From IMG/VR virus record IMGVR_UViG_3300033145_003233, positions 372,001-436,000 of that record: a stretch of 64,000 bases of DNA; one strand, given 5' to 3'. The notes under the pieces were generated by a model. That model was given only the letters and a program-made list of their open reading frames with translations. It did no database searches and had not been told where the DNA came from. The translations under genes and the position numbers were made by a program. Positions 47,532-57,933 of this stretch are shown here, piece by piece; the stretch's first letter is position 1; each line of letters starts with the position of its first letter.

Positions 47532-48440
47532 TTATTTTAGTTGTAAGAATTTAAATTTATTGTCATCGTTAAATTCAATATCTAACTTGATATTATCATC
47601 TACCTCATCCATTATTGACTGAGGACTTTTAAAATTTAAATTAATTGGATAAGGAGAATAACATTCCGTAGAATTTTTAATAATATTAATCATTCCCCTT
47701 TGGTTCATATTCCTGCAAGAATCTATTACTAGTTTAGCTGCTTCCTTTTTTGAAATCTTTTTAATCTTTATTAACCAATTCATGGCAACAACAATACCAT
47801 AATTCCCCACAAGAGTAGTATCTCCAACTATAAACGCTTGTCGAATTTCTTCTCGAGTAATATCTTTTTCCTCCGTTTCTTTCTTCTCTCGTCTAGTATA
47901 ATCTGCAAATTTAACAGCAAAATCATAATGTTCATAAAATGATATAATGACCCAATTAGTAGACATATGTGTGAAGAAAAAATCTCCATTCCTTTTTATA
48001 AAATCATCTATATAATTATCAAAGAAAAAAATAATATAATCTCTCATTATAAGATTACAACAGAAACCAAATAAATCATAAAACTTATCTCTAATTCTAT
48101 TAATTTCTAAACTTCCCCCGCCTATCTTTAAATCCCACGGGCGTCCATACTTCTCCACATATAATTTATGACCGAACACAAAGAAATCATAAGCCCCCCA
48201 TTCTTCAAGACTATTCTTCGGCAACAATTGGTTTGTCTTTTTTCCAATGTCGCTATATTCGCAGAAATCAGTATCTACCTTCTCAATTATAAATCCTTCC
48301 TCATTATCATGGTCAGAACTGCCTTCTTTTTCATCTGCCCTTAAATCCCTAAAAACGATATCGTCAGGAGAAATTCCCTCCCAATCGGACTTCACTTCTT
48401 TTAAAATGTCTTCGGGATCTTTTCCCATTTTCCTAATCAC
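47532..48440 (-). CDS. Hypothetical protein
   Basis: Long ORF in operon. Confidence 0.7.
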   Translation of the reverse strand: MIRKMGKDPEDILKEVKSDWEGISPDDIVFRDLRADEKEGSSDHDNEEGFIIEKVDTDFCEYSDIGKKTNQLLPKNSLEEWGAYDFFVFGHKLYVEKYGRPWDLKIGGGSLEINRIRDKFYDLFGFCCNLIMRDYIIFFFDNYIDDFIKRNGDFFFTHMSTNWVIISFYEHYDFAVKFADYTRREKKETEEKDITREEIRQAFIVGDTTLVGNYGIVVAMNWLIKIKKISKKEAAKLVIDSCRNMNQRGMINIIKNSTECYSPYPINLNFKSPQSIMDEVDDNIKLDIEFNDDNKFKFLQLK

Positions 48441-49998
48441 CTATAATATTGAATTCTTCTTCTGTCTTATAAATGTTAGCCCTTCTCTTACTATGTGCTT
48501 GCATATATTTACAAGTATCCATAAAATCTACAACAATAGCATTTTCCTTCCCCTCAAAAGGCCTCAATATCCTTCCGACTCTTTGTAAGGCTCTTGTGGG
48601 AGATTTTCCCCCACCAGCTAAAATAAGAGTGTCTAAAGGACGACAATCTATTCCTTCATCAAAAATCACACTAGCGATAGTTATTCTTGGCTTATCTTCT
48701 CTCATAAGATCAAGGTGCTTTTGTCTTTTCTTCTTTGAAGTAGAACCATGCAAAAATATACTTTCAGGAATTAAAGTTTCTAATAATTTACCATGCACAA
48801 TTTGTCTAACTAGAATCAAAATCTTTCTACCGGAATCTCTAAAACGAGTTGCCATCTGAATAATATTATTGTTCCTAAGTTCATTCTCTACTATAGCTTG
48901 ACGATAAATATTAGGATAACTAGTTTTTCTAAATCCCCTCATATTATTTATTTTTGCAAAATAAATCGTTGGCCTAATAAGATATTTTTCTTTAATCAAA
49001 AAAGAAGCACTTATATTAACAATAGACTTACCAAAACAACCATCTATTAAAATATCATCTCCCTTATCTCTCCATGGAGTAGCAGACATCCCATATCTAT
49101 ATTGACAAGACAAAGAATTATCTGAAATAATTTGACATGTCTCGGCCGCCCAATGTTGAACTTCATCACAAATCATTAATCTGCAACTTTTTATAAGCTT
49201 CTTTATTTCTGCCTTCACATCATTGATATCAGTTTCATCTTTTGAGCTATCCTCGTCATCATACTTTACGTATACCCCACCCAACGCTCTAACTGCGGTT
49301 TGAATCGTCATAACTGTTATATCTTTCAGATTTTTATTACCCCCACCAACCACTCCAACTTCTACAGGAATATCATTTTCTCTAACAAACCTAGTAATTT
49401 CATCTTTGGCCTGTTTTAATAAATCTATAGAAGGAACATAAAAAATAGTTGGAGAAACTCCAAGACCAGCGATAATGCCACATGCCACCGGAGTTTTTCC
49501 TCCACCAGTTGCACATTTAATAATCCCCCTATCAATTCCCCCACCATTAGTTCCTACTACTCTGTCAATAATATCTACCTGATAATCTCGAGGCTCAAAT
49601 TCATCCGACATTGTGTATCTATCACTCTTACCAACCTTATCGCGCATATCCCCCACAGTGAAGGTAATGTTATTTTTCTCAAAAAAAGCGATTGCCTTAC
49701 TTAAAAGACCTGTAGGAAAATGGAGTCCGGTTTTTTTAAGACTACAATGACAAAATTGTTTATTCCAGCAAACAGTAGAGATATAACCGTCCCAATCTTT
49801 TTTCCATTTTTCACGTCCAGCCGCCGCCTTCGCCGTATGATTTTGAATCATCCACCAAGCATTTTCTGGAAGATAACCCAAAATCTTTTTAAATTTCTGG
49901 TAAACTTTCGACTCTATTTTACCCGTGATGAGAGTAGAATTATTACATACATGCAAAAACAGTTTATCAGAATTTGTGCTATTTATCGTATCTGACAT
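48433..49998 (-). CDS. Superfamily II helicase (UvsW-like)
   Basis: RDYQ, ATGGGKT, DEVQH, SATP, EGID, QRVGRILR. Confidence 0.9.
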   Translation of the reverse strand: MSDTINSTNSDKLFLHVCNNSTLITGKIESKVYQKFKKILGYLPENAWWMIQNHTAKAAAGREKWKKDWDGYISTVCWNKQFCHCSLKKTGLHFPTGLLSKAIAFFEKNNITFTVGDMRDKVGKSDRYTMSDEFEPRDYQVDIIDRVVGTNGGGIDRGIIKCATGGGKTPVACGIIAGLGVSPTIFYVPSIDLLKQAKDEITRFVRENDIPVEVGVVGGGNKNLKDITVMTIQTAVRALGGVYVKYDDEDSSKDETDINDVKAEIKKLIKSCRLMICDEVQHWAAETCQIISDNSLSCQYRYGMSATPWRDKGDDILIDGCFGKSIVNISASFLIKEKYLIRPTIYFAKINNMRGFRKTSYPNIYRQAIVENELRNNNIIQMATRFRDSGRKILILVRQIVHGKLLETLIPESIFLHGSTSKKKRQKHLDLMREDKPRITIASVIFDEGIDCRPLDTLILAGGGKSPTRALQRVGRILRPFEGKENAIVVDFMDTCKYMQAHSKRRANIYKTEEEFNIIGD

Positions 49999-50135
49999 AT
50001 TATATTGAAACGTCATCAACCATTCTGTTTAGTTGGTAAAGCTTTTTTTTCTTTTTTTTCTTTTTTCTAGAATCGCGATGCTCTTCTGTAGCAACAGGAG
50101 GATGTGTTATTAAATCAGCCATAAGAATTTTAAAA

Positions 50136-50474
50136 TTATTTGTTATTATTTGTCTCATTTATAATGCTCAAAGAAATCCCTACAATCCCTTCTTTCAGCT
50201 TTTTCATTTGCCCTATTGCTTCCCTATATCTCCCGTTCAATAAATAACTGATAACAGATCTAATAGTTATCAATTGAGGAAACATCTTATCTCTATATTC
50301 ACTATCTAATTCCGCCAACTTTTGCTGTACCCCCAACGCCTTGCGATATGCTAAAATATGTCTTGGCGGATCTTGATGCTCTAAAAAATTAATAGCATTT
50401 TCAATTTTTACCAACACCCCTCTTAGAAACAAGATATATTCTTCTTTATTCATTCTTTCTTCCCCACTCAGCAT
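50136..50474 (-). CDS. Hypothetical protein
   Basis: ORF downstream of promoter motif. Confidence 0.65.
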   Translation of the reverse strand: MLSGEERMNKEEYILFLRGVLVKIENAINFLEHQDPPRHILAYRKALGVQQKLAELDSEYRDKMFPQLITIRSVISYLLNGRYREAIGQMKKLKEGIVGISLSIINETNNNK

Positions 50475-50485
50475 AACAGCTAACT

Positions 50486-50513
50486 ATTATACTATATCGG
50501 CTTTCACTTTCAA
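50486..50513 (-). promoter_or_regulatory. sigma70-like promoter
   Basis: TTGAAA GTGAAAGCCGATATAG TATAAT. Confidence 0.7.
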
Positions 50514-50520
50514 AGCATAT

Positions 50521-51588
50521 TTACCATACTCTATCTGATGAAAGTAATGATTGAATAGTCTGAGTAGGATCTGTTTCATAACCCACTGTCTGCTTTGACT
50601 TTATACGTAGTAGCTCATCAAACGGCACTCCCTCATCATGACCACTTTTCATTCTTTTTTGTTTCACTTCTTCCACTTTGGCCCAAAATTGTTCAACATA
50701 TGGCTGTAAATTCTGATAAACGGACCAATCCCCGCCTCGAGCAGGTTCTATCATTTTTTCCAATATTCCAAGATACCAAAATTGATTAGGAAGACCAGGA
50801 ACAGAGTTTTGCGCTGTCTTTACAAATCTAGGATTTAACTTAGTCATTTTTTTAGTCATCAAGCCATAACAATTGATGCCCAGAATAGTCATAACAGTGC
50901 ATTCAAAATCATTTATCTCATCATCACTATCTAAGCCTATTTCTAATAACCCTCTAAATTTATCATATAGATCTGTTTCATAAATATTTTTTACAACTTC
51001 TATAGGAGACAATCCATATGCTCTTAAAGCCTCCATAAAAATAAAAGAAGTTTGAACTACCCTATTATCAATTCTATTAACAAATATAAAATCCTCTTCT
51101 GCTATTTCTGGAGTAGGAATTTCTTCTTTCTTATAATATTTTGCTATATCAACATGAGGACTTCCAGCACATATCATCTTAAGATTAACAAGATCTTTAT
51201 CATATATTGGGCAAATTATATCTTTCATCAATATCCATACAAGAGAATATTGATATAATCTCAGAATATATGGTTCCTCAGTGGCCCTATCAGGAGAACG
51301 CTTATAAATAAAACTCCTAAGATTGGTAGCAAGCATAATTAAGAAATCATTTCTTTCAGAAATATCTGGCATAAATTCCACACCAACTATTTCAATAGAT
51401 TTTTCTATATATTTGGCAACAATTTTAAAAATAGTATGAGCTATATTTTTAGTATCATCTATAAACAAAGCTCCAGCAACATCTTCATCAAAACTGACAA
51501 AAACATCTGAAAAAGAAGCATTGTATCTTTTACAAAACTTTCTAATTATAGATTCGGCTATTTTAAAATCGCTTACTTTATTATCCAT
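50521..51588 (-). CDS. Hypothetical protein
   Basis: Long ORF. Confidence 0.75.
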   Translation of the reverse strand: MDNKVSDFKIAESIIRKFCKRYNASFSDVFVSFDEDVAGALFIDDTKNIAHTIFKIVAKYIEKSIEIVGVEFMPDISERNDFLIMLATNLRSFIYKRSPDRATEEPYILRLYQYSLVWILMKDIICPIYDKDLVNLKMICAGSPHVDIAKYYKKEEIPTPEIAEEDFIFVNRIDNRVVQTSFIFMEALRAYGLSPIEVVKNIYETDLYDKFRGLLEIGLDSDDEINDFECTVMTILGINCYGLMTKKMTKLNPRFVKTAQNSVPGLPNQFWYLGILEKMIEPARGGDWSVYQNLQPYVEQFWAKVEEVKQKRMKSGHDEGVPFDELLRIKSKQTVGYETDPTQTIQSLLSSDRVW

Positions 51589-51589
51589 A

Positions 51590-52069
51590 TTATTTCTTTA
51601 TATTATATTTATCGATCTCTTCCAAAGACATGCCCAAAGCTAGTAAGAATTCCTCATGTGTGTTTAACGACTTTAAGAAACTAACATCTTTATTCATTTC
51701 CTTCAATGTAATCTTACTCCTCTTTCTTCTTTGTGGCCCGCTTCCCTGACTATTTCTTAAAGAAGATGGAATACTTCTTCTTTTCTTCTTTCTTACTTTA
51801 GGCATATGCGCCTTGTCATTCTCTGTTTCTCTTCCCAAAATCTCAAAAGCAAATTCCAATAACGACATTTCTTTTAATTCAAAAATAGTTAACTCTTTAC
51901 ATCTATGACAAAATATCCCAATACATAAAGTATCATGATGAGGGGCTTGGCTACTTTCTTGAATACCTATAGAAATTAAATTATCCACCTCAAATATTTT
52001 ATCACATTTACTGCATGTTAATTCCTCTTCTTTTAGTATATTAAGAATCCAGTTGGGAATCTCTTTCAT
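51590..52069 (-). CDS. Hypothetical Zn-binding protein
   Basis: CSKC...CHRC; GGAG SD. Confidence 0.7.
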   Translation of the reverse strand: MKEIPNWILNILKEEELTCSKCDKIFEVDNLISIGIQESSQAPHHDTLCIGIFCHRCKELTIFELKEMSLLEFAFEILGRETENDKAHMPKVRKKKRRSIPSSLRNSQGSGPQRRKRSKITLKEMNKDVSFLKSLNTHEEFLLALGMSLEEIDKYNIKK

Positions 52070-52126
52070 TGTATTCTCCCTAAATATATCCCTATTAATA
52101 TATTCAACAATCTTATAAAAAAACCT

Positions 52127-52900
52127 CTAACAATCTGATTTAACCCATGATTTTTGTCTTACTTCTATCCCAAAAAATTGTGGCCAATATTTTCTACACA
52201 TAGTAAAATGCTCTCCTACAGTTTTATCCTGATGTATTGTAGTAACACTATTATCATGCTTTCTATAATAAACTAATGGCTGAAGGATATTATCAAATTT
52301 ATATCCATACGAAATAGCCTTGCCCCATAAATAGAAATCTGGCACTAATCTCCACTCTGCCGAATACCCCCCTATTTTTTCAAAAGCTCGTCTCCTAAAC
52401 ATACTAGCAGGATCTATTATAGGATTTTTTACTTTTAAAAATTCTGCTCTTATCTCTTTGTGTGTCGGTGGAGGATAGTCCATAATCTCTAGCTCTTCAC
52501 CATTCTCATCTATTTTAATGGCCCAGGAACTAACACAAAATACATCTTGATGATCTTCAAGAAAAGCAACTTCCTTTTCTAATCTCTCTGGAAAACTAAT
52601 ATCATCTGCATCATGTATAGCTAAATACTTTCCCTGAGCATATCTAATAGCTTCATTCCTGCCTGCTCCACAACCTATATTTTTCTTTTCTCCCAATTCC
52701 TTAATCGCGATAAAACGATTCAAAATCCCCCCTTTACTATATGCTTTTAATATTTCAAAAGTATTGTCAGTAGAGGCATCATCATAAACAATGAGTTCAA
52801 AATCTTTAAATGTTTGTGAAAAAATAGAATCTAATGCTTCCTCTATAAACTCCTCACAATTATAAACAGTCATAATTATACTAACTTTTGGCCTTTTCAT
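52127..52900 (-). CDS. Glycosyltransferase family 2
   Basis: VSIIM.VYN, DDASTD, RN, DADD. Confidence 0.92.
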   Translation of the reverse strand: MKRPKVSIIMTVYNCEEFIEEALDSIFSQTFKDFELIVYDDASTDNTFEILKAYSKGGILNRFIAIKELGEKKNIGCGAGRNEAIRYAQGKYLAIHDADDISFPERLEKEVAFLEDHQDVFCVSSWAIKIDENGEELEIMDYPPPTHKEIRAEFLKVKNPIIDPASMFRRRAFEKIGGYSAEWRLVPDFYLWGKAISYGYKFDNILQPLVYYRKHDNSVTTIHQDKTVGEHFTMCRKYWPQFFGIEVRQKSWVKSDC

Positions 52901-53121
52901 AAATCTAATATCTCCCATCTGCTATTAATCGGATCATGAAACCCTTCTAAGCAATCTTCTCTCCATTCAAAAACACCAACCCTTTTTAAAATATATTTAT
53001 CTTTATATATCTTCCTTACCACAGTGGTTCTATCATTTAATTGGTTTATACACGCTTGTGCCGCTGAATTACAAATCAAATCTGTTCTTATCCTTACCTT
53101 GTCCCCTACTTTATACTTCAC
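52897..53121 (-). CDS. Small KOW/SH3-like protein with RWEILDL tag
   Basis: MKYKVGDKVRIR; ends INSRWEILDL-stop. Confidence 0.7.
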   Translation of the reverse strand: MKYKVGDKVRIRTDLICNSAAQACINQLNDRTTVVRKIYKDKYILKRVGVFEWREDCLEGFHDPINSRWEILDL

Positions 53122-54212
53122 TTGCTAAACACCTCATGATACAATGGCACAATATTTTTCCAGTCCTTTCCTTCTATCTCTATTTGCCCCTGCTCTTTCT
53201 CTATCGGCTGATTCCCTGTTAAAAAATGCTCAAGACAAGTAGAAAAATGACAAATATCTCTATCTGTAATAATAGCATATCCCTTCTTATCAAGCCCCCC
53301 AGAAAGAGTCATCGCAATTCCCCCTGATTGTTGTAATAAATCTCCCACAGTCAATGCTACCCATGGCAATTCTGCCGCCCTACATTCCAGAATAACTATC
53401 GGAGAAACTTCTTTGAGGCTTGTCAATATGAATACATCAGACGCCAGAAAAGCTGCTACCACATCTTCTCTTGGAAGATCTCTCATAAATCTTATATTTA
53501 ACCCTCTGCTTTGTTGCGCCGCCCTATTGAAAAATCTTTTGTCATAAGGATACTCAATAGTATTTGATAGTTGTAAAATAACAAAATCATCTATTCTTTC
53601 TAACAACTTTTTGCATATTTTGGGAAGAATTTCTTGTCCTTTGCCGAAGAAGAACGAAGCAGCATTTAAAATTATATATTTCTCTTTAATATTATACTTA
53701 TTTTTGAAATCAATGTTATTACTGCTAAATTCTGATAGAGAAATTCCATTGGGTATTATACTCACTTTTAACCCATTTTTTACAGCAAAATCGTAATCTG
53801 GCCCCTTAGAATGAGTAATTAGATTAAATTTATCGATATTCTCCTTTAACAACTTAAAAGATTGAGGATGGGAACGTAGGTGGTAGGCCCCTACGAGGGG
53901 CAGAGACAGCCGTGGGACGATCTTCTCGATATTCTGGAGTAAAGTATCCATCCCCCAAAACGAGTCGCTATAAGTTAATACGTGGTCGTTCTGGTTGATT
54001 TGAGAAATAAGCTCATTTCCTTTAGGACAAGGATAAATACCTATGTCATTATACTTAGAAACTTTTTTATAATTATAACCATAAATACTTACTGTATAGC
54101 CATAGTTCTTTATTAAACCCAATGCCAGGGCAGAAATTACAGCTTCAGACCCCCCTACGCTCCCGCCTACCTCCGGAAAAGGTCCAAAATTACATAGAAT
54201 GCATAACTTCAT
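53118..54212 (-). CDS. Glycosyltransferase family 4
   Basis: GGSE, IPNGI, KG, SDVFILTS..E..PIVILE. Confidence 0.88.
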   Translation of the reverse strand: MKLCILCNFGPFPEVGGSVGGSEAVISALALGLIKNYGYTVSIYGYNYKKVSKYNDIGIYPCPKGNELISQINQNDHVLTYSDSFWGMDTLLQNIEKIVPRLSLPLVGAYHLRSHPQSFKLLKENIDKFNLITHSKGPDYDFAVKNGLKVSIIPNGISLSEFSSNNIDFKNKYNIKEKYIILNAASFFFGKGQEILPKICKKLLERIDDFVILQLSNTIEYPYDKRFFNRAAQQSRGLNIRFMRDLPREDVVAAFLASDVFILTSLKEVSPIVILECRAAELPWVALTVGDLLQQSGGIAMTLSGGLDKKGYAIITDRDICHFSTCLEHFLTGNQPIEKEQGQIEIEGKDWKNIVPLYHEVFSK

Positions 54213-54213
54213 A

Positions 54214-55533
54214 TTATACTCTTATAAGGAATTTCCAATCACTTTCCAATCTTTTTATAGATTTTTCTTTATCTTCGTCATATTTTATCCTATGTAGTAT
54301 AATATTATTTTCTTTACAAAATTGAGTGTCCAACTTGTCCTTCAAACGATATTTTTTAAGATTTTTATTAGCCCTATATAAAGAAAACCTTCCATAAGTA
54401 ATAGGCTTAAAATGTTGCTCTCCGTCATATTCCACTATTATATTAGTAGAATCCTTTTCCAACCAGAAATCACAATACCTTCTATGCTTATAGTCTTTAT
54501 ATTCATCCCATATTTTTTTATTTGGGATAATATTCCAATCTTCGAAATATTTTAATAAAAGTTCCCTTACCTTACCCTCATTCTTTTTGTAGCAAAAAGG
54601 ACACCCCTGCCCCTTAACTCGATTAGATACGGAGCTTTCCCACTCATGACTCTCATTTTTAGAACAAATCCACCAAACTTTTCTATCTGACCCATAAGAC
54701 ACCTCCTTAGCAGTTAATTGACCATTCTTAGTGGGATGCCATTCTTTTGCTAATTCTGGATATTTAAGTTTCAAACAATTTTTTTTAGAAACCCTTTTAC
54801 CTCCACAATATGGACAATTATCCCCTCTAGCCCTATGATTAACAATTGTCATCCACTCATGTCTCTTATTGCATTTCCACCACACCTTTTTATTACAACC
54901 TCCCGTAATATCTTTAGCAGTTAATTTACCGTTCTTAGTAGGATGCCATTCTTTAGCTATTTCTGGGTATTTAGTTTCTAAACAATTATCCTTACAAGCT
55001 TTACTCCCCGAACAATATGGACAATTTCTCCCATTTGACCTATTATTAACAGTAGCCTCCCATTCATGTCCCTTACCACATTTCCACCACACTTTTTTAT
55101 TACTTTGTGGCATCACATCCTCAGGAGTTAAATTTTTATTTTTGATAAAATGCCATTCCTTAGATAATATAGAATTCTTAACAGACAAACAAGTTAGTGA
55201 AGTCGTTCCAGATAATTTTTCTCTATAACAATATAAACAATTACAACCATTTTTTCTATTATTTATAACTGCCTCCCATTCATGCCCCTTACCACATTTC
55301 CACCAAACCTTTTTCCCACTGCCTGCTGTCAACTCTTTTGGACTTAACCCTCTCCTATCATTTTTCTCATAATTCCATTCTTTCATTAACTTTTTGTGAG
55401 TCTGATATAATGACTTTTTATCATTTCCTCCTCTACGATAATAATGAAAATAAAAACATTTTTTCGAGCAATAGTTCTTCTGTTGCTTTACCAACCCTTT
55501 CCCACAATTCAAACATTCTTTATTCTTTCCCAT
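54214..55533 (-). CDS. Homing endonuclease with DUF4379-like zinc-ribbon repeats and Vsr/DUF559-like nuclease
   Basis: EWH..KN...KVWWKC..GHEW...R..G..CPYC x4; CDFWL..IVEYDGEQH. Confidence 0.82.
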   Translation of the reverse strand: MGKNKECLNCGKGLVKQQKNYCSKKCFYFHYYRRGGNDKKSLYQTHKKLMKEWNYEKNDRRGLSPKELTAGSGKKVWWKCGKGHEWEAVINNRKNGCNCLYCYREKLSGTTSLTCLSVKNSILSKEWHFIKNKNLTPEDVMPQSNKKVWWKCGKGHEWEATVNNRSNGRNCPYCSGSKACKDNCLETKYPEIAKEWHPTKNGKLTAKDITGGCNKKVWWKCNKRHEWMTIVNHRARGDNCPYCGGKRVSKKNCLKLKYPELAKEWHPTKNGQLTAKEVSYGSDRKVWWICSKNESHEWESSVSNRVKGQGCPFCYKKNEGKVRELLLKYFEDWNIIPNKKIWDEYKDYKHRRYCDFWLEKDSTNIIVEYDGEQHFKPITYGRFSLYRANKNLKKYRLKDKLDTQFCKENNIILHRIKYDEDKEKSIKRLESDWKFLIRV

Positions 55534-55712
55534 TATTTCTCCTCCTCACATTTATATGCCCTTCTTTGGACTTCTCCAATACTTACCTCTATCCTCCTAT
55601 TATTTAATCGTTTGATAATACCTACTACCTTGAAATAAGCTCTATCAGGGTCCTTCTCATTAAGAAACAATCGAGATAACCCACCTACCAACCTATCATT
55701 TTCTTTTAACAT
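55533..55712 (-). CDS. Small hypothetical protein, not in ORF track
   Basis: AGGAG SD, 59 aa, TAATG overlap with the endonuclease gene. Confidence 0.5.
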   Translation of the reverse strand: MLKENDRLVGGLSRLFLNEKDPDRAYFKVVGIIKRLNNRRIEVSIGEVQRRAYKCEEEK

Positions 55713-55866
55713 TTCTATTCTCCTATAAGAAAACTTATATTTTCTTATACTTTCTTAATTTCTATATAAAATCCTTCTTTTATTTTTATTTTCTGTGTAA
55801 AAAATAACGAAGGATAATAATTATTCCGATACAATAGTATAAGAACAAAATATTAAGGAGCAAAAA

Positions 55867-56037
55867 ATGGCCAAAAAAGAAAAAACAGATAAGATAATCA
55901 ATTTTGCAATTAAACAATCTCTCTATGATAAATTTAAAAAGATATGCGATCAACGCTATAAGAGTCTGAGCGAGCAGATTAGAGAATTGATAGTGGAAAA
56001 AGTAAATAGGGAAGATAACATTAAAGAATCTAAGTAG
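55867..56037 (+). CDS. RHH-like regulator, not in ORF track
   Basis: AAGGAG SD; INFAIKQSLYDKFKKIC..RYKSLSEQIRELI, similar to the 10581 and 13635 RHHs. Confidence 0.7.
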   Translation: MAKKEKTDKIINFAIKQSLYDKFKKICDQRYKSLSEQIRELIVEKVNREDNIKESK

Positions 56038-56088
56038 ATTGATCGATACCTAATTATAGATCAAAGTTTAATTAAAAAGGAAAAAATA

Positions 56089-56487
56089 ATGCATGAAATT
56101 ATAATAGCAGTCTTGCTAACGATAATCTCCGGATTAACTGTTAAAATATATGGAGACTATGCCTCTAATGCTAAAATAGCAAAAATACAAAAGAAAAAGA
56201 CAAAAAAATACTACAAAGAATTAGAAGACGATATCCCCTGTGCCTTAAAATATATAAAAAAATGCGTACAAGAAAAGAATAGTGTAAGTTGCATATTTGT
56301 CCCTACCACTTTTGGTAAATTTGAGGATAAAGAATATAATAACCAAAAAATTACAAAAAATCCCCTAATTGAAGAAGAGATTATAGAATCATTACAAAGT
56401 AAACAATTTATTTCTATGTCCCTTAATTCTGATGAAACTTATATATATAAAGAAGAGTTTATAGATTTATTAAAAAAGAATTTATAA
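56089..56487 (+). CDS. Membrane-anchored hypothetical protein
   Basis: N-terminal hydrophobic segment. Confidence 0.6.
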   Translation: MHEIIIAVLLTIISGLTVKIYGDYASNAKIAKIQKKKTKKYYKELEDDIPCALKYIKKCVQEKNSVSCIFVPTTFGKFEDKEYNNQKITKNPLIEEEIIESLQSKQFISMSLNSDETYIYKEEFIDLLKKNL

Positions 56488-56538
56488 TCACTTTCTTCTT
56501 AAAAATATAAATATTAGAATAACACTAAGGAAAATAAA

Positions 56539-57327
56539 ATACAAAAGTACAAATATATTTGCCCGATATGTGAAGAAACTGGTAATGAATCCAAAAGAGC
56601 GCATGTTCTCCCTGAAAGTTTAGGATTTACTAAAATTGTCGAAGTAGTTAAAAAAAAAGAATGCAAATGTGATCATATTATGGGGAGTACTTGCGAAAAA
56701 GCTTTAAGAGATTGTTATATCTATAATTATCATAATTACAAAGGAGATAAAAAAACTAATACAGACGATCTATCTGAAGTAAATAAATTAGACTGGAAAA
56801 TAGATACTAAAAAAGATAAAAAAATGAATGCAAAATTTATAGAAAGAAATGGAAACATCGAAATAAAACCATGCCCCTCTGGAGGTTGGGACAAATTTAA
56901 ACAACAATCAAAACACCTATTAAAGATAACCCAGGTAAACACAGTGAAAGCAAAAGCAGAAATAGAAAAAGATGCATATAAAATTTATTTTTGCCTTATT
57001 CATTCTTTGCTTTTAATGAATCTTGACAAAAAAATTCTTGATGATAAAATTAGGAATAATCTCAGAGAGACATTAAAAAGGAACTGTAAGAATAAATTTA
57101 ATGATTTTAGAAATAGACAGGCCACTTGGGAATATCAAAAAGAAAAAGAAATACAACATATTAGTTTTTGTAATCAAATAGGAACAGGGAGGATCATATA
57201 TGCTAAAACCAAAATGATAGGATTTGGGTGTGGAATCCAATTAAATAATTATTGTTATGCCTATACGGTTGATGTCCTAAATTGGACCGTAGAAAAAATA
57301 AAGAAAAAAATCAGAAGACGTTTCTAA
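56539..57327 (+). CDS. HNH-like endonuclease domain protein, start uncertain (ATA at 56539 or ATG at 56680)
   Basis: In-frame upstream CPIC...HVLPESLG...CKC precedes the annotated ATG. Confidence 0.5.
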   Translation: MQKYKYICPICEETGNESKRAHVLPESLGFTKIVEVVKKKECKCDHIMGSTCEKALRDCYIYNYHNYKGDKKTNTDDLSEVNKLDWKIDTKKDKKMNAKFIERNGNIEIKPCPSGGWDKFKQQSKHLLKITQVNTVKAKAEIEKDAYKIYFCLIHSLLLMNLDKKILDDKIRNNLRETLKRNCKNKFNDFRNRQATWEYQKEKEIQHISFCNQIGTGRIIYAKTKMIGFGCGIQLNNYCYAYTVDVLNWTVEKIKKKIRRRF

Positions 57328-57426
57328 TCTAATTAATCTATTATAACGGCACATCTACTCAATTGTAAATTTTTATTTTCCAGACAATTGTTTTTTTGAT
57401 ATAATAGAATAAAAAGGAGATTAAAA

Positions 57427-57933
57427 ATGAAAAGAATGTTAGTAGTTATAATTATCTTATTAATAATTATTGCTGGTTTGTTAATAGACAACTTTTACCC
57501 TGATATCAGAATAGAGATACAAGATGGAATTTATGCCTCCAAAACGTCCAATAAAATTATAAAAGAAGCTAATGAATGTATATCTCTGTGTAATAAATGC
57601 GGAGAAAAATTAACTCGTTGTGGCCCCATCAGTATATATGCTGCTCTTGATTATACAATTCGAGGTTCTTTTTGTGCTATCTGTAATAAATGTCTATCTG
57701 GTATTAAAGATATTAACTTAGAGAATATTATAAATTCGGGAATAGGAAAAATTTTAACTTATCCTTCTAATGTATATATACCTGATAATAAATTCTGGAA
57801 CATATGGGGAGAAGTTTATATAAGATCAAGAGATGCAAATAAAAATAAAGAATTATTGGTAGAAATAGGCTTTTATGATAAATTCGATGAAAAAGCTCTT
57901 CGCAATTTTAATATTTTCACTGGACAAATCTAA
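57427..57933 (+). CDS. Membrane-anchored/secreted hypothetical protein
   Basis: AGGAG SD, N-terminal TM helix, CxxC pairs. Confidence 0.65.
   Translation: MKRMLVVIIILLIIIAGLLIDNFYPDIRIEIQDGIYASKTSNKIIKEANECISLCNKCGEKLTRCGPISIYAALDYTIRGSFCAICNKCLSGIKDINLENIINSGIGKILTYPSNVYIPDNKFWNIWGEVYIRSRDANKNKELLVEIGFYDKFDEKALRNFNIFTGQI

Noticed and set aside
50000-50122. 40-aa poly-Lys ORF / T-rich tract upstream of the SF2 helicase
   Set aside because: No clear SD or homology; a real peptide cannot be distinguished from low-complexity intergenic DNA.
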